Shown here: piece by piece, positions 11,082-20,094 of the stretch
Layout of the letters: each line of letters starts with the position of its first letter
Numbering within the stretch: the stretch's first letter is position 1
DNA from: Hyphomicrobiales bacterium
GTDB taxonomy: Bacteria; Pseudomonadota; Alphaproteobacteria; Rhizobiales; Aestuariivirgaceae
NCBI GenBank assembly: GCA_027051195.1
Contig: JALUAB010000099.1
Coordinates: forward strand, 1-53,227
DNA: 53,227 nt
Direction: 5' to 3'
The notes under the pieces: model-generated
Told to the model about the DNA's origin: nothing
What the model saw: the letters and a program-made list of their open reading frames with translations, nothing else
The model's database searches: none
Made by a program: the position numbers and the translations under genes

Positions 11082-11617
11082 TGGATCCCCGGGACAAGCC
11101 CGGGGATGACACCCTGGAGTTGGGCCCGCGGATAAGGTGTTTCATCATCAGCGTCAGTGCCAACCCACTCCTTTCCCGGGCAAAAGGAAGGCTCAAGGCG
11201 CGCCGAGTGCTCCATTCGTGTCATTGCCGGGCTTTGTCCCGGCAATCCACATCGGCGACCGTGCAATTGGCGACAACGCCTGTTGCATCCCCGTGCTCCT
11301 CGAGACAAGCCCGGGATGACACGAGAGAACAGTTTTCCAATGCGGGTGCCGTCCAGATGGCCAGTGCATTGACGAACCACATGGCGCATGGGTAGCCACT
11401 ACTGGTTCGCTCCATCCTTTTCCGGTGTCATCCCCGGCTTCATGCCGGGGATCCATGGCTCATGCCGATGCAGGGAATGAAGACGTGAGAGGGGCCCGAC
11501 CGACAAGCAACGCACTTCTCTCTGCCTCAACGCATCCGTTTCAGCCGGGCGTAGTTGAAATGCTGCACGCGCCCGACCACCCTCACCTGTCATACCCGGG
11601 CTTGTCCCGGGTATCCA
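11082..11617. repeat. Cluster of five ~30-bp REP-like palindromes (TGTC-tagged, RPE-4/CGTC-family-like)
   Basis: Consensus TGTC-AT(N7)-loop-(N7')AT-CCA at 11082-11111 (rev), 11219-11249, ~11293-11321 (rev, degenerate), 11426-11455 and 11588-11617. Confidence 0.85.
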
Positions 11618-11730
11618 TGGCTCCTGATGATGCAGGAGACGAGAACGTCGAAGGTTCCGGGTGACTGTCAACACACGTCACGCCGACCTCATTCCACCCG
11701 TTTCAGCCGGGCGTAGTTGAAATGCTGCAC
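11426..11730. repeat. Imperfect direct repeat with 162-bp period, including a duplicated gene 3' end
   Basis: 11536-11568 is identical to 11698-11730 (33 bp); palindromes at 11426 and 11588 and their downstream ~30 bp align at the same 162-bp offset. Confidence 0.85.
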
Positions 11731-12315
11731 CTTGCCCGCCGGGGTCACGTGGTGTTCGTCGGCCGTCTCCAGAAGCTTGAATCCCGCTCCCAGCTCGGCA
11801 GCGATGCTTTCCGGCGAGTGGCGCATCACCGGCAGGCCGGAGCATTTCTCCGGACCATCCGGGGCGAAGGTGGCGATGATGACATGCCCGCCGGGCTTGA
11901 GCGCGGATTTGAGCACTTCGACGTAACGCCTGCGCTCTTCCGCCTGCGTGAGAAAATGGAACACCGCCCGGTCGTGCCAGATGTCGTAGGGACGCCGGGG
12001 CCGCCAGGCCAGCAGGTCGGCGATGATCCAATCCACCTGCCCCGCCCGTTCGCCCAGCCGCTCGCGGGCCTTCCCAAGCGCCGTATCGGCGATGTCCAGA
12101 ACGGTGATGTCCGCGTAGCCGCTATCCAGCAGGTAATCCACCAGACGTGAAGCGCCGGCGCCGGCGTCGATAATGGCCGCCTCACGGCCCAGCCCGGTGT
12201 TGGCGATGAGCCTCAGCGAGGTTTCCGGGCGGGCCTGGTACCAGCTCACCTCGTCTTCGTGTTTGCGTTCATAGACGCCCTGCCAGTGCTCTTTCCTGTC
12301 GATGGTTCCCGTCAT
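11689..12315 (-). CDS. Class I SAM-dependent methyltransferase
   Basis: HWxxVY, VSWYQ, IIDAGAGAS, WHDRAVFHFL, GPEKCSGLP; ATG at 12315 with GGGAGG RBS. Confidence 0.9.
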   Translation of the reverse strand: MTGTIDRKEHWQGVYERKHEDEVSWYQARPETSLRLIANTGLGREAAIIDAGAGASRLVDYLLDSGYADITVLDIADTALGKARERLGERAGQVDWIIADLLAWRPRRPYDIWHDRAVFHFLTQAEERRRYVEVLKSALKPGGHVIIATFAPDGPEKCSGLPVMRHSPESIAAELGAGFKLLETADEHHVTPAGKVQHFNYARLKRVE

Positions 12316-12382
12316 GGAGCATCCTCCCTTTCGTGTTTCAACGGGAGGATAGCACGATGACGGCTCAGCAGTCGGTAGCCGG

Positions 12383-13120
12383 CTACCGCTGCACCAGCCC
12401 GCCGTCGATGAAGTCGAAAATGACGCCGTTGGCGTCCACCTCCGGGCCGAAGATGGGCCAGGCGGCCTCGGCCAGTTCTTCCGGCGTCGGCAGGGTTTCC
12501 GGATCCTCGCCGGGGAAGGCGGCGGCGCGCATGCGGGTGCGGATGGGCCCGGGGTTGAGAATATGCACACGCACGTTCGTGCTTGCCACCTCCTCGGCAT
12601 ACACCCGCGCCATGCACTCCAGTGCTGCCTTGGTGGTGGCGTATGGCCCCCAGTAGGCGCGGCACCTGTGCCCGGCGCGGGAGGTGACGAACACCGCCCG
12701 GCCTGCGTCCGACTGCCGGAGCAAGGGGTCGAAGGAGCGGATAAAGCGCCAGTTGGCCGTCACGTTGATGGCGTAGGTGCGCTCCCAGTATTTCGGCTCC
12801 ACGTGCGCCAGCGGCGACATCGGCCCCAATACACCGGCGCAGCCGAAGAAGATGTCCAGCTTTCCCCAACGCTCGAAAATGGCGCCGCCCAGCCGGTCGA
12901 TACCCTCGTAATCGGTCACGTCCAGCGGCACCAGCGTGGCCTGTTTGCCGGTGGCGGCACGGATCTCGTCGTCCAGCGCCTCCAGCGCGCCCTGCGTGCG
13001 CGCCACAGCGATGATGTGCGCGCCTTCTTTCGCCAGTTTCAACGCCATGGCCCGGCCGATGCCCCGCGATGCGCCGGAAACCACCGCCAACCGGCCTTCC
13101 AACGCGCCCTGCTCCGCCAT
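12383..13120 (-). CDS. SDR family oxidoreductase (YciK-like)
   Basis: SGASRGIG, YATTK, NPGPIRTRMRA; usual position downstream of purF. Confidence 0.92.
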   Translation of the reverse strand: MAEQGALEGRLAVVSGASRGIGRAMALKLAKEGAHIIAVARTQGALEALDDEIRAATGKQATLVPLDVTDYEGIDRLGGAIFERWGKLDIFFGCAGVLGPMSPLAHVEPKYWERTYAINVTANWRFIRSFDPLLRQSDAGRAVFVTSRAGHRCRAYWGPYATTKAALECMARVYAEEVASTNVRVHILNPGPIRTRMRAAAFPGEDPETLPTPEELAEAAWPIFGPEVDANGVIFDFIDGGLVQR

Positions 13121-13175
13121 GCTCCCTGCTCCGTTCCTGGTTGTCGCGGATTGATCCCCGGGGCACGGATGCGCC

Positions 13176-14675
13176 TCACGCGCTGTCCGCCAGCAGCGGC
13201 AGCTGCTTCGGATCCGTCTCCCGGTCTTCCCGATCCGTCAGCGGCGTCGGATAGTCGCCGGTGAAGCAGTGATCGGTATATTGTGGCTGCGCGTCGTTGC
13301 GCCCCTCGTGCCCCAGCGCCCGGTAGATGCCGTCCACGGAAATGAAGGCGAGGCTCTCCGCGCCGATGAAGTCGCGCATCTCCTCCAGCGTGTGGGTGGC
13401 GGCAAGCAGTTGCTCGCGCGAGGGCGTGTCGATGCCGTAGTAGTCCGGATGGGTGATGGGTGGCGAGGCGATGCGCATGTGCACTTCCCTGGCCCCGGCC
13501 TCGCGCACCATCTGCACGATCTTCTTCGACGTGGTGCCACGCACGATGGAATCGTCGATGAGCACTACCCGCCGCTCCTTCAACACCGCGCGGTTGGCGT
13601 TGTGCTTCAGCTTCACGCCCAGCGCCCGGATCTTCTGCGTGGGTTCGATGAAGGTGCGTCCCACGTAATGGTTGCGGATGATGCCCAGATCGAACGGGAG
13701 GCCGGATTCCTCGGCATAGCCAAGCGCCGCCGGCACGCCGGAATCCGGCACCGGCACCACGATGTCTGCCTCCGCCGGTGCTTCCCGCGCCAGTATGCGC
13801 CCCATGGCCTTGCGCACCTGATAGACGGAGCGCCCGCCGACGATGGAGTCGGGCCGCGCGAAATAGATGTATTCGAAGATGCACGGACGTTCGGGCTGCT
13901 CCGGAAAGGGAAAGAAGCTCTGGATGCCATCCTCGCCCCGCCCGGTGATCATCACCACCTCGCCGTTCTTCACCTCGCGCACGAACTCGGCGCCGATGAT
14001 ATCGAAGGCCACGGTTTCGGAGGCCAGCAGCCAGGTGTCTCCCAGCCGCCCCAGCACCAGCGGGCGGATACCCAGCGGATCACGTGCGCCGATGAGCTTC
14101 TTCTCTGTCATCGCCACCAGCGCGTAACCGCCCTGCACTTGCCTGAGCGCGTCGATGAAGCGCTCGATGAGCCGCCGGTGCGGAGAGCGCGCCACCAGAT
14201 GCAGGATCACTTCCGTGTCCGATGTGCTCTGGAAGATGGCGCCGGATTGGATGAGCTCGCGGCGCAGGGCCAGCCCGTTCGTCAGATTGCCATTGTGCGC
14301 GATGGCAAATCCGCCGGTGGCCAGCTCGGCGAAGAAGGGCTGCACGTTGCGCAGGATGGTGGTACCGGTGGTGGAATAGCGCACGTGCCCGATGGCGACG
14401 TCGCCGGTGAGCCGCTGGATGGTCTTTTCCTTGGTGAAGTGATCGCCCACCAGGCCCAGGCGCCGCTCCAGATTGAATTGCCGACCGTCATAGGCGCAGA
14501 TGCCGGCCGCCTCCTGCCCGCGATGCTGCAACGCGTGCAGCCCCAGCGCCGTGAGCGCGGCCGCGTCCGCATGCCCGAAAACGCCGAAAACACCGCATTC
14601 CTCCCGCAGCAGGTCGCCGTCGAGATCGAAATCGCACATCATGGTTTCCGTCCCGGAAATGTCCGGCCGCGCCAT
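13176..14675 (-). CDS. purF: Amidophosphoribosyltransferase
   Basis: Propeptide then EECGVFG, LQHRGQE, HVRYST, IDDSIVRGTT. Confidence 0.97.
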   Translation of the reverse strand: MARPDISGTETMMCDFDLDGDLLREECGVFGVFGHADAAALTALGLHALQHRGQEAAGICAYDGRQFNLERRLGLVGDHFTKEKTIQRLTGDVAIGHVRYSTTGTTILRNVQPFFAELATGGFAIAHNGNLTNGLALRRELIQSGAIFQSTSDTEVILHLVARSPHRRLIERFIDALRQVQGGYALVAMTEKKLIGARDPLGIRPLVLGRLGDTWLLASETVAFDIIGAEFVREVKNGEVVMITGRGEDGIQSFFPFPEQPERPCIFEYIYFARPDSIVGGRSVYQVRKAMGRILAREAPAEADIVVPVPDSGVPAALGYAEESGLPFDLGIIRNHYVGRTFIEPTQKIRALGVKLKHNANRAVLKERRVVLIDDSIVRGTTSKKIVQMVREAGAREVHMRIASPPITHPDYYGIDTPSREQLLAATHTLEEMRDFIGAESLAFISVDGIYRALGHEGRNDAQPQYTDHCFTGDYPTPLTDREDRETDPKQLPLLADSA

Positions 14676-14687
14676 CGTCGGCCCTGC

Positions 14688-15296
14688 TCACCGATCCTTT
14701 TGCCCGCTTCCGAGAAGATTGTCGAGGCGCGTCCTGTCGCCCCTGCCGATGGGCGCGCCGGCATCGTTCGCGGCATCGCCGTTTTCCGCTCCCAGCTTCT
14801 CGCGCATCACCTGCATCATGTCCGGCGGGATGAAGTCCGTGATCACCTGCGCCGTGCCGGCCACCAGCGGCTGCAGACGCGCCTTCTCGATCCACTCCGC
14901 GCGCCGGTCTTCCGGCACCAGCCATACATAGAACATGTAGGCGATGCTCACCAGCACCAGCCCGCGCAGCACGCCGAAGATACCGCCCAGCGTGCGGTCG
15001 AAGGGGCCCACGGCGGAATCCAGCACCCAGTCGCCGATCTTCACCGAGATCACCGACATGATGAGCAGCACCAGCAGAAATACCGCCGCACCGGTGACGA
15101 TGACGGCCAGTTTGTCGCTGGCTATGAAGCCGCGGGCCACATCCACCAGTGCCGGCATCTGCACCGCCCACCAGGCCGCCGCCGCCGCCACCACCCAGGC
15201 GAACAGCGAGAGCACCTCGCGGGTGAAGCCGCGCATGAGCGCCAGCAGACCCGAGACGAGCATGATGACGACGAGAATGAGATCGAGAAGCTGCAT
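14688..15296 (-). CDS. cvpA: CvpA (colicin V production) family membrane protein
   Basis: RGFTRE and DRTLGGIFGVLRG motifs; directly upstream of purF. Confidence 0.9.
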   Translation of the reverse strand: MQLLDLILVVIMLVSGLLALMRGFTREVLSLFAWVVAAAAAWWAVQMPALVDVARGFIASDKLAVIVTGAAVFLLVLLIMSVISVKIGDWVLDSAVGPFDRTLGGIFGVLRGLVLVSIAYMFYVWLVPEDRRAEWIEKARLQPLVAGTAQVITDFIPPDMMQVMREKLGAENGDAANDAGAPIGRGDRTRLDNLLGSGQKDR

Positions 15297-15599
15297 GAGA
15301 TGCTCCGCCCTCCCCCGGACGCGACCTCCCGGCCACGTTAATGCGAATTCGGCACCGATGCGACCCGGCGCTCGGCTGGCTGGTTTTCATGACCATACCG
15401 TGGCGGGGCTCGTCAAGGGCGGGGGATGGCGATTTTCCATTCGTCCCCCGGACGAAAGCCGGGGCCTTCTGGCGGTGGCCGGAAGGCTTTCCACGAATTG
15501 CATGCTTACACCGGCATGACGAAGGGGAAGGAGCGCTTGCGTGAGGTGGAGCGCAGCAGGCAACCGAGTCGATGAATCGGCAAAATCACATCGGTGAAA

Positions 15600-16964
15600 T
15601 CACGACTGCAACAGTCGCGCGGCAAGTGCCGCCACATCGGGTATACGTTCCACCTTCAGCCCCGGTTTCTCGGGAAGTTGCGAATCCTCCGCCACCAGCG
15701 CCCGGGAAAAGCCCAGCTTGGCGGCCTCGCGCAGACGCAGCTCGGTAAGCGGCACCGCGCGCACCCGCCCCGAGAGCGCCACCTCGCCGAACACCACCGT
15801 GCCCGCAGCCTGCGCCTTGCCGGAAAGCGAGGAGACGAGGGCGGCGGCGGCGGCAAGGTCGGCGGCCGGTTCGCGCACGCGCATGCCGCCGGCCACGTTC
15901 AGATACACGTCGTGCTGGCCCAGCCGCACGCCCGCGCGCGCCTCCAGCACTGCGAGTATCATCGCCAACCGGCCGGAATCCCAGCCCACCACGGCGCGCC
16001 GTGGCGTGGCAAAGGTGGTGGGCACGGCCAGCGCCTGCATCTCCACCAGCAGTGGCCGCTGCCCCTCCACGCCGGCGAACACCGCCGCCCCCGGCACCTG
16101 GCTCTCAGCGTCTCCCATGAACAGCCGCGACGGATTGGGCACCTCCACCAGCCCGTGGCCGGCCATCTCGAACACGCCGATCTCGTCGGTGGCGCCAAAG
16201 CGATTCTTCACCGCCCGCAGAATGCGGTATTGGTGCCCGCGGTCGCCCTCGAAGTAGAGCACCGCATCCACCATGTGCTCCACCACGCGGGGTCCTGCGA
16301 TCTGCCCCTCCTTGGTGACATGGCCGATGAGCAGCATCACCGCGCCGGTCTTCTTGGCCAGCCGCACCATGGCTTCCGCACCCGCGCGCAGCTGGCTTAC
16401 CGTGCCCGGCGCGGATTCCACCACCGGCGTCCACAGTGTCTGCAACGAATCGATGACGACGATTTCCGGCTTCTCGCGGCGCAGCGTGGCCACGATGTCG
16501 GAGACGTTGGTTTCCGCCGCCAGCATCAGCGGCGCATCCAGCACGCCCAGCCGCTGCGCTCGCAGGCGGATCTGGTCCAGCCCCTCCTCGCCTGAGACAT
16601 AGACGGCGCGCCGCCCCGCCTGAGCCAGCCGCGCCAGAACCTGCAGCATGAGCGTGGACTTGCCGATACCCGGATCGCCTCCGATCAGCAACGCCGAGCC
16701 GGGCACGAAACCACCACCGGTGACGCGGTCGAGCTCGGAGATGCCGGTGGCGATGCGCGGCGGCGGTTCGCTGGTGCCGGCGAGCGGCTCAAGCCTGCGC
16801 GATTTCCCCTTCGGCAGCTGCACGCCGCCGGCGACAGCGAGCGGCTGTTCGGGGTTTTCCTCGACGATGGTGTTCCACTGCCCGCAGGCGTCGCAGCGCC
16901 CGGCCCAGCGGGCCGCTACCGCCCCGCAGTTCTGGCACACGTATGTCGCCTTCGCCCTGGCCAT
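15600..16964 (-). CDS. radA: DNA repair protein RadA/Sms
   Basis: C4 zinc finger, GGDPGIGKST, KNRFG, Lon-like C-terminal domain. Confidence 0.97.
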   Translation of the reverse strand: MARAKATYVCQNCGAVAARWAGRCDACGQWNTIVEENPEQPLAVAGGVQLPKGKSRRLEPLAGTSEPPPRIATGISELDRVTGGGFVPGSALLIGGDPGIGKSTLMLQVLARLAQAGRRAVYVSGEEGLDQIRLRAQRLGVLDAPLMLAAETNVSDIVATLRREKPEIVVIDSLQTLWTPVVESAPGTVSQLRAGAEAMVRLAKKTGAVMLLIGHVTKEGQIAGPRVVEHMVDAVLYFEGDRGHQYRILRAVKNRFGATDEIGVFEMAGHGLVEVPNPSRLFMGDAESQVPGAAVFAGVEGQRPLLVEMQALAVPTTFATPRRAVVGWDSGRLAMILAVLEARAGVRLGQHDVYLNVAGGMRVREPAADLAAAAALVSSLSGKAQAAGTVVFGEVALSGRVRAVPLTELRLREAAKLGFSRALVAEDSQLPEKPGLKVERIPDVAALAARLLQS

Positions 16965-16995
16965 GTTCATGCAAGCCCGCGCCTGCGGCGGGCGA

Positions 16996-17808
16996 TCAAC
17001 CCTTCGTCACCTGCATCCTGATAGGCCCTTCGGCGCGGCCGTGGATGAACTGATCGACATAGGGGTTGCCGGAGTTCTCCAGTTGTGAAACGGCGCCGTG
17101 CCAGATGATCTTCCCCTGATGGATCATCGCCACCTCGTCGGCGATACGACGCACGGAGTTCATGTCATGCGTGATGGTGATCGCCGTGGCGCCCACTTCC
17201 CTGACCGTCTTCACGATCAGCTCGTCGATGACCGCCGCCATGATCGGGTCCAGCCCCGTGGTCGGCTCGTCGAACAGGATGATTTCCGGCTGCGCGGCGA
17301 TGGCCCGGGCCAGCCCCACGCGCTTCTGCATGCCGCCGGAAAGTTCCGCCGGATAAAGGCCCGCCACCTCCGCCGGCAGCCCCACTTGCGCCAGCTTCTC
17401 GATGGCGATCTCACGCGCCTTGCGCCGCGGCACGCCACGCCCCTGGATCAGGCCGAAAGCGACATTCTCCCACACGGGCAGAGAATCGAACAGGGCCGCG
17501 CCCTGGAACAGCATGCCGAACTTGCCCATGAGGTGTTCGCGCGCCCTGCCCTTCAGTTGTGTCGTTTCCTCACCGTCGATGAAGATCTGTCCGGCATCCG
17601 GCCGCAACAGCCCGATGATGCACTTGATGAGCACCGACTTGCCGGTACCCGAGCCGCCGATGATGACCATGGAAGAACGGCGCTTCACGTCCAGGTTCAC
17701 GCCGTCGAGCACCACCTTGGGGCCGAAGCGCTTCTTCAGCCCGCGCACGCTGATGTGCGCTCCGTCCGCCGCCGACGTTTCCCGCCTGTCCTGCACCTGC
17801 TCCATCAC
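16996..17808 (-). CDS. mlaF: ABC transporter ATP-binding protein, MlaF/Mkl family
   Basis: GGSGTGKS, LSGGM, FDEPTTGLDP; adjacent to MlaE permease. Confidence 0.88.
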   Translation of the reverse strand: MMEQVQDRRETSAADGAHISVRGLKKRFGPKVVLDGVNLDVKRRSSMVIIGGSGTGKSVLIKCIIGLLRPDAGQIFIDGEETTQLKGRAREHLMGKFGMLFQGAALFDSLPVWENVAFGLIQGRGVPRRKAREIAIEKLAQVGLPAEVAGLYPAELSGGMQKRVGLARAIAAQPEIILFDEPTTGLDPIMAAVIDELIVKTVREVGATAITITHDMNSVRRIADEVAMIHQGKIIWHGAVSQLENSGNPYVDQFIHGRAEGPIRMQVTKG

Positions 17809-17817
17809 CGGCTCCTA

Positions 17818-18591
17818 TTATTTCGCGAACAGCGTGGCGGTGAGCGCGTAGTTGGCCGCCAGTATGAGGATGGAGGCGGACACCACGGCGTTGGTCGTCG
17901 CCCGCCCCACACCCTGCGCGCCGCCACGGGAATGAAAACCGTGGTAGCAGCCCATGAGCGCGATGATGAAGCCGAACACCGCGGCCTTGACCAGCCCCGA
18001 GGTGACATCGTCCAGCTGCAGGAAATTCACCGTGTTGGCGAGATAGGAGCCGGCGTTGAAGCCCAGCTTCTGCGTGCCGACGACGAAGCCGCCCATGATG
18101 CCTATGATATCCGCCACCACCACCAGCAGCGGCAGCGTCACGACGCCGGCGATGAGGCGCGGCGCCACGAGATATTTCAGCGGGTTGGTGGACAGCGTGG
18201 TGAGCGCGTCGATCTGCTCCGTCACCTTCATGGTGCCGATTTCCGCCGCGATGGCGGCGGAGACGCGTCCGGCCATCATCAGCCCGGCCAGCACCGGCCC
18301 CAGCTCGCGGGTGATCCCCAGCGCCACGATGGAGGAAACGAGGTTCTCCGCGTTGAAGCGCGAGGAGCCTATCCAGATCTGCAGCGCCAGAACGCCGCCG
18401 GTGAAGAAGGCCGTGAGGCCGATGACCGGCAGCGAGAAATAGCCCATGCGCACCATCTGCAACAGCCACTGGCGAAAATACCAGCGCGGCAGCAGGCCGA
18501 TGCCGAGCGCATGCCACGTGAAGACGGCCAGCCGGCCGATTTCGGCCAGCACCGTCAGCACCGCGCGTCCGATCTGGGCCAGTGGATTCAC
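17818..18591 (-). CDS. mlaE: MlaE family ABC permease
   Basis: RELGPVL, AAEIGTMKVTEQIDAL, GVGRATT. Confidence 0.92.
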   Translation of the reverse strand: MNPLAQIGRAVLTVLAEIGRLAVFTWHALGIGLLPRWYFRQWLLQMVRMGYFSLPVIGLTAFFTGGVLALQIWIGSSRFNAENLVSSIVALGITRELGPVLAGLMMAGRVSAAIAAEIGTMKVTEQIDALTTLSTNPLKYLVAPRLIAGVVTLPLLVVVADIIGIMGGFVVGTQKLGFNAGSYLANTVNFLQLDDVTSGLVKAAVFGFIIALMGCYHGFHSRGGAQGVGRATTNAVVSASILILAANYALTATLFAK

Positions 18592-18627
18592 GCGCCCTAC
18601 CGTCCCCTTGCGGCCGTCACCGGCCGA

Positions 18628-19797
18628 TCATTCCCCCGTTGGCGTGTAGAGTCGTGTAAAGCGCGATCCCAGGCTTGTCAAAATCTCGTAGGGGATGGTG
18701 CCGGCCCAGCGCGCCAGCTCGTCCACGCTCACGTGCGGCCCCATGACCTCTGCGCGCATGCCGCGCTCCAGATCCTCCGGCGGAATATGGCTCACGTCCA
18801 CCGCGGCCAGATCCATGGAAATGCGTCCGGCATAGGGAGCGAACTGCCCGGCTATGAAGACGTGCGCCGGCCCGCCGGCGGTGTCCGACAGGCAACGGAA
18901 CAAACCGTCCGCATAGCCCAGACCGAGAACGGCTATTCGCGAGTCGCGCGCCGCCCGCCAGGCGGCGCCGTAGCCCACCGTCTCCCCGCGCCGCACCTCG
19001 CGCACCTGTAGCACGGTGCCATATAGCGTCGCCACGGTGCGCATCGGGTTGGGGCGGCCGCTGAACGGGTTGCCGCCATACAACGCGATGCCGGGGCGCA
19101 GGATGTCGTATTCCCACTCCGGCCAGACCAGCGACGCGGCGGAATTGGCCAGCGACGCCGGCATCTGCGGAAACAGCGCGCGGATTTCATCGAACAGCGC
19201 CTTCTGCCGCGCGTTCATCTCGTGTCCCGGTTCGTCCGCGCAGGCGAGATGGCTCATGATCAGCTCCGGGCGGAACCGCCGAAGCAGTTCGCCCCGTTCC
19301 GCCAGCCGCCGCGCTTCGTCCGGCGCAAGCCCCAGCCGGTTCATGCCCGTGTCCACGTGCAGCGCCGCCGGCAGGCGCACCTCGCGCTCGCGGCAGAAGG
19401 CCGCCCATTCCTCCACCTCCGCGATGGAATTGAGCACGGGCAGAATCTGGTGCCGTTGAAAGAATCCCGCCTCGCCGCGCGGCAGGCCGGACAGCACGAA
19501 CACCCTGGCAGACGGCAGGGCCCGCTTAAGCGCCGCCCCCTCCTGCGGCAGGGCGACGAAAAAGGTGCGGCAACCGGCCTTCACCAGCGCCTTCGCCACC
19601 GGCTCCATGCCCAGGCCGTAGGCATCGGCCTTGACCACGGCGGCCGTCTCCGCGCCGGTGTTGGCCCGCGCGATATCGCGCCAGTTCGCCACCAGCGCCG
19701 CCAGATCGATGCAAAGAATGCCTCCCGCCAGCGCCGGATCCTCCCATGAGGCCGCCACGGATTCCGCAGGCGCCTCGTGATCACCCATGAACACCAC
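18628..19797 (-). CDS. alr: Alanine racemase
   Basis: AVVKADAYGLG, DTGMNRLG, GYADG, GRISMD. Confidence 0.96.
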   Translation of the reverse strand: MVFMGDHEAPAESVAASWEDPALAGGILCIDLAALVANWRDIARANTGAETAAVVKADAYGLGMEPVAKALVKAGCRTFFVALPQEGAALKRALPSARVFVLSGLPRGEAGFFQRHQILPVLNSIAEVEEWAAFCREREVRLPAALHVDTGMNRLGLAPDEARRLAERGELLRRFRPELIMSHLACADEPGHEMNARQKALFDEIRALFPQMPASLANSAASLVWPEWEYDILRPGIALYGGNPFSGRPNPMRTVATLYGTVLQVREVRRGETVGYGAAWRAARDSRIAVLGLGYADGLFRCLSDTAGGPAHVFIAGQFAPYAGRISMDLAAVDVSHIPPEDLERGMRAEVMGPHVSVDELARWAGTIPYEILTSLGSRFTRLYTPTGE

Positions 19798-20094
19798 TGA
19801 TTCCCCTCGACTTGCCGGTTTCCCCTCGGAAGCCCCCCAGGGCCTCCCCTGCCCCCGGCATGGGAATCATCATGTCGCACGAGGCGGGCCCCATTGTGGC
19901 GGCAATTGCGCCCGAATGTGGCAATGAGCCGGGGGCCGCGTGCATTCTGGCGCAAATGTGTCCGCTTGCGAATACCTTCTTGCCCGCAGTCAAGGACAAC
20001 ATGACCCGCGCGTGGTTTCCTCCGCCCCGCATTTGCGCCGGCGCGCGGTTTGTGCACATAGTTTCATGTTCGGCAATCACACGGGAGGCCTGCC

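Noticed and set aside
11082-11617. CRISPR array (about 30-bp palindromic repeats with spacers)
   Set aside because: Mixed orientations, unequal 40-130 bp spacing, variable repeat sequence and no cas genes; it fits REP-like repeats instead
10981-11674. Short ORFs containing WIPGTSPGMT / VIPGLVPGI
   Set aside because: These are translations of the palindromic repeats with no independent coding evidence
15440-15470. Hammerhead ribozyme (GACGAAA motif)
   Set aside because: No CUGANGA core in the required position
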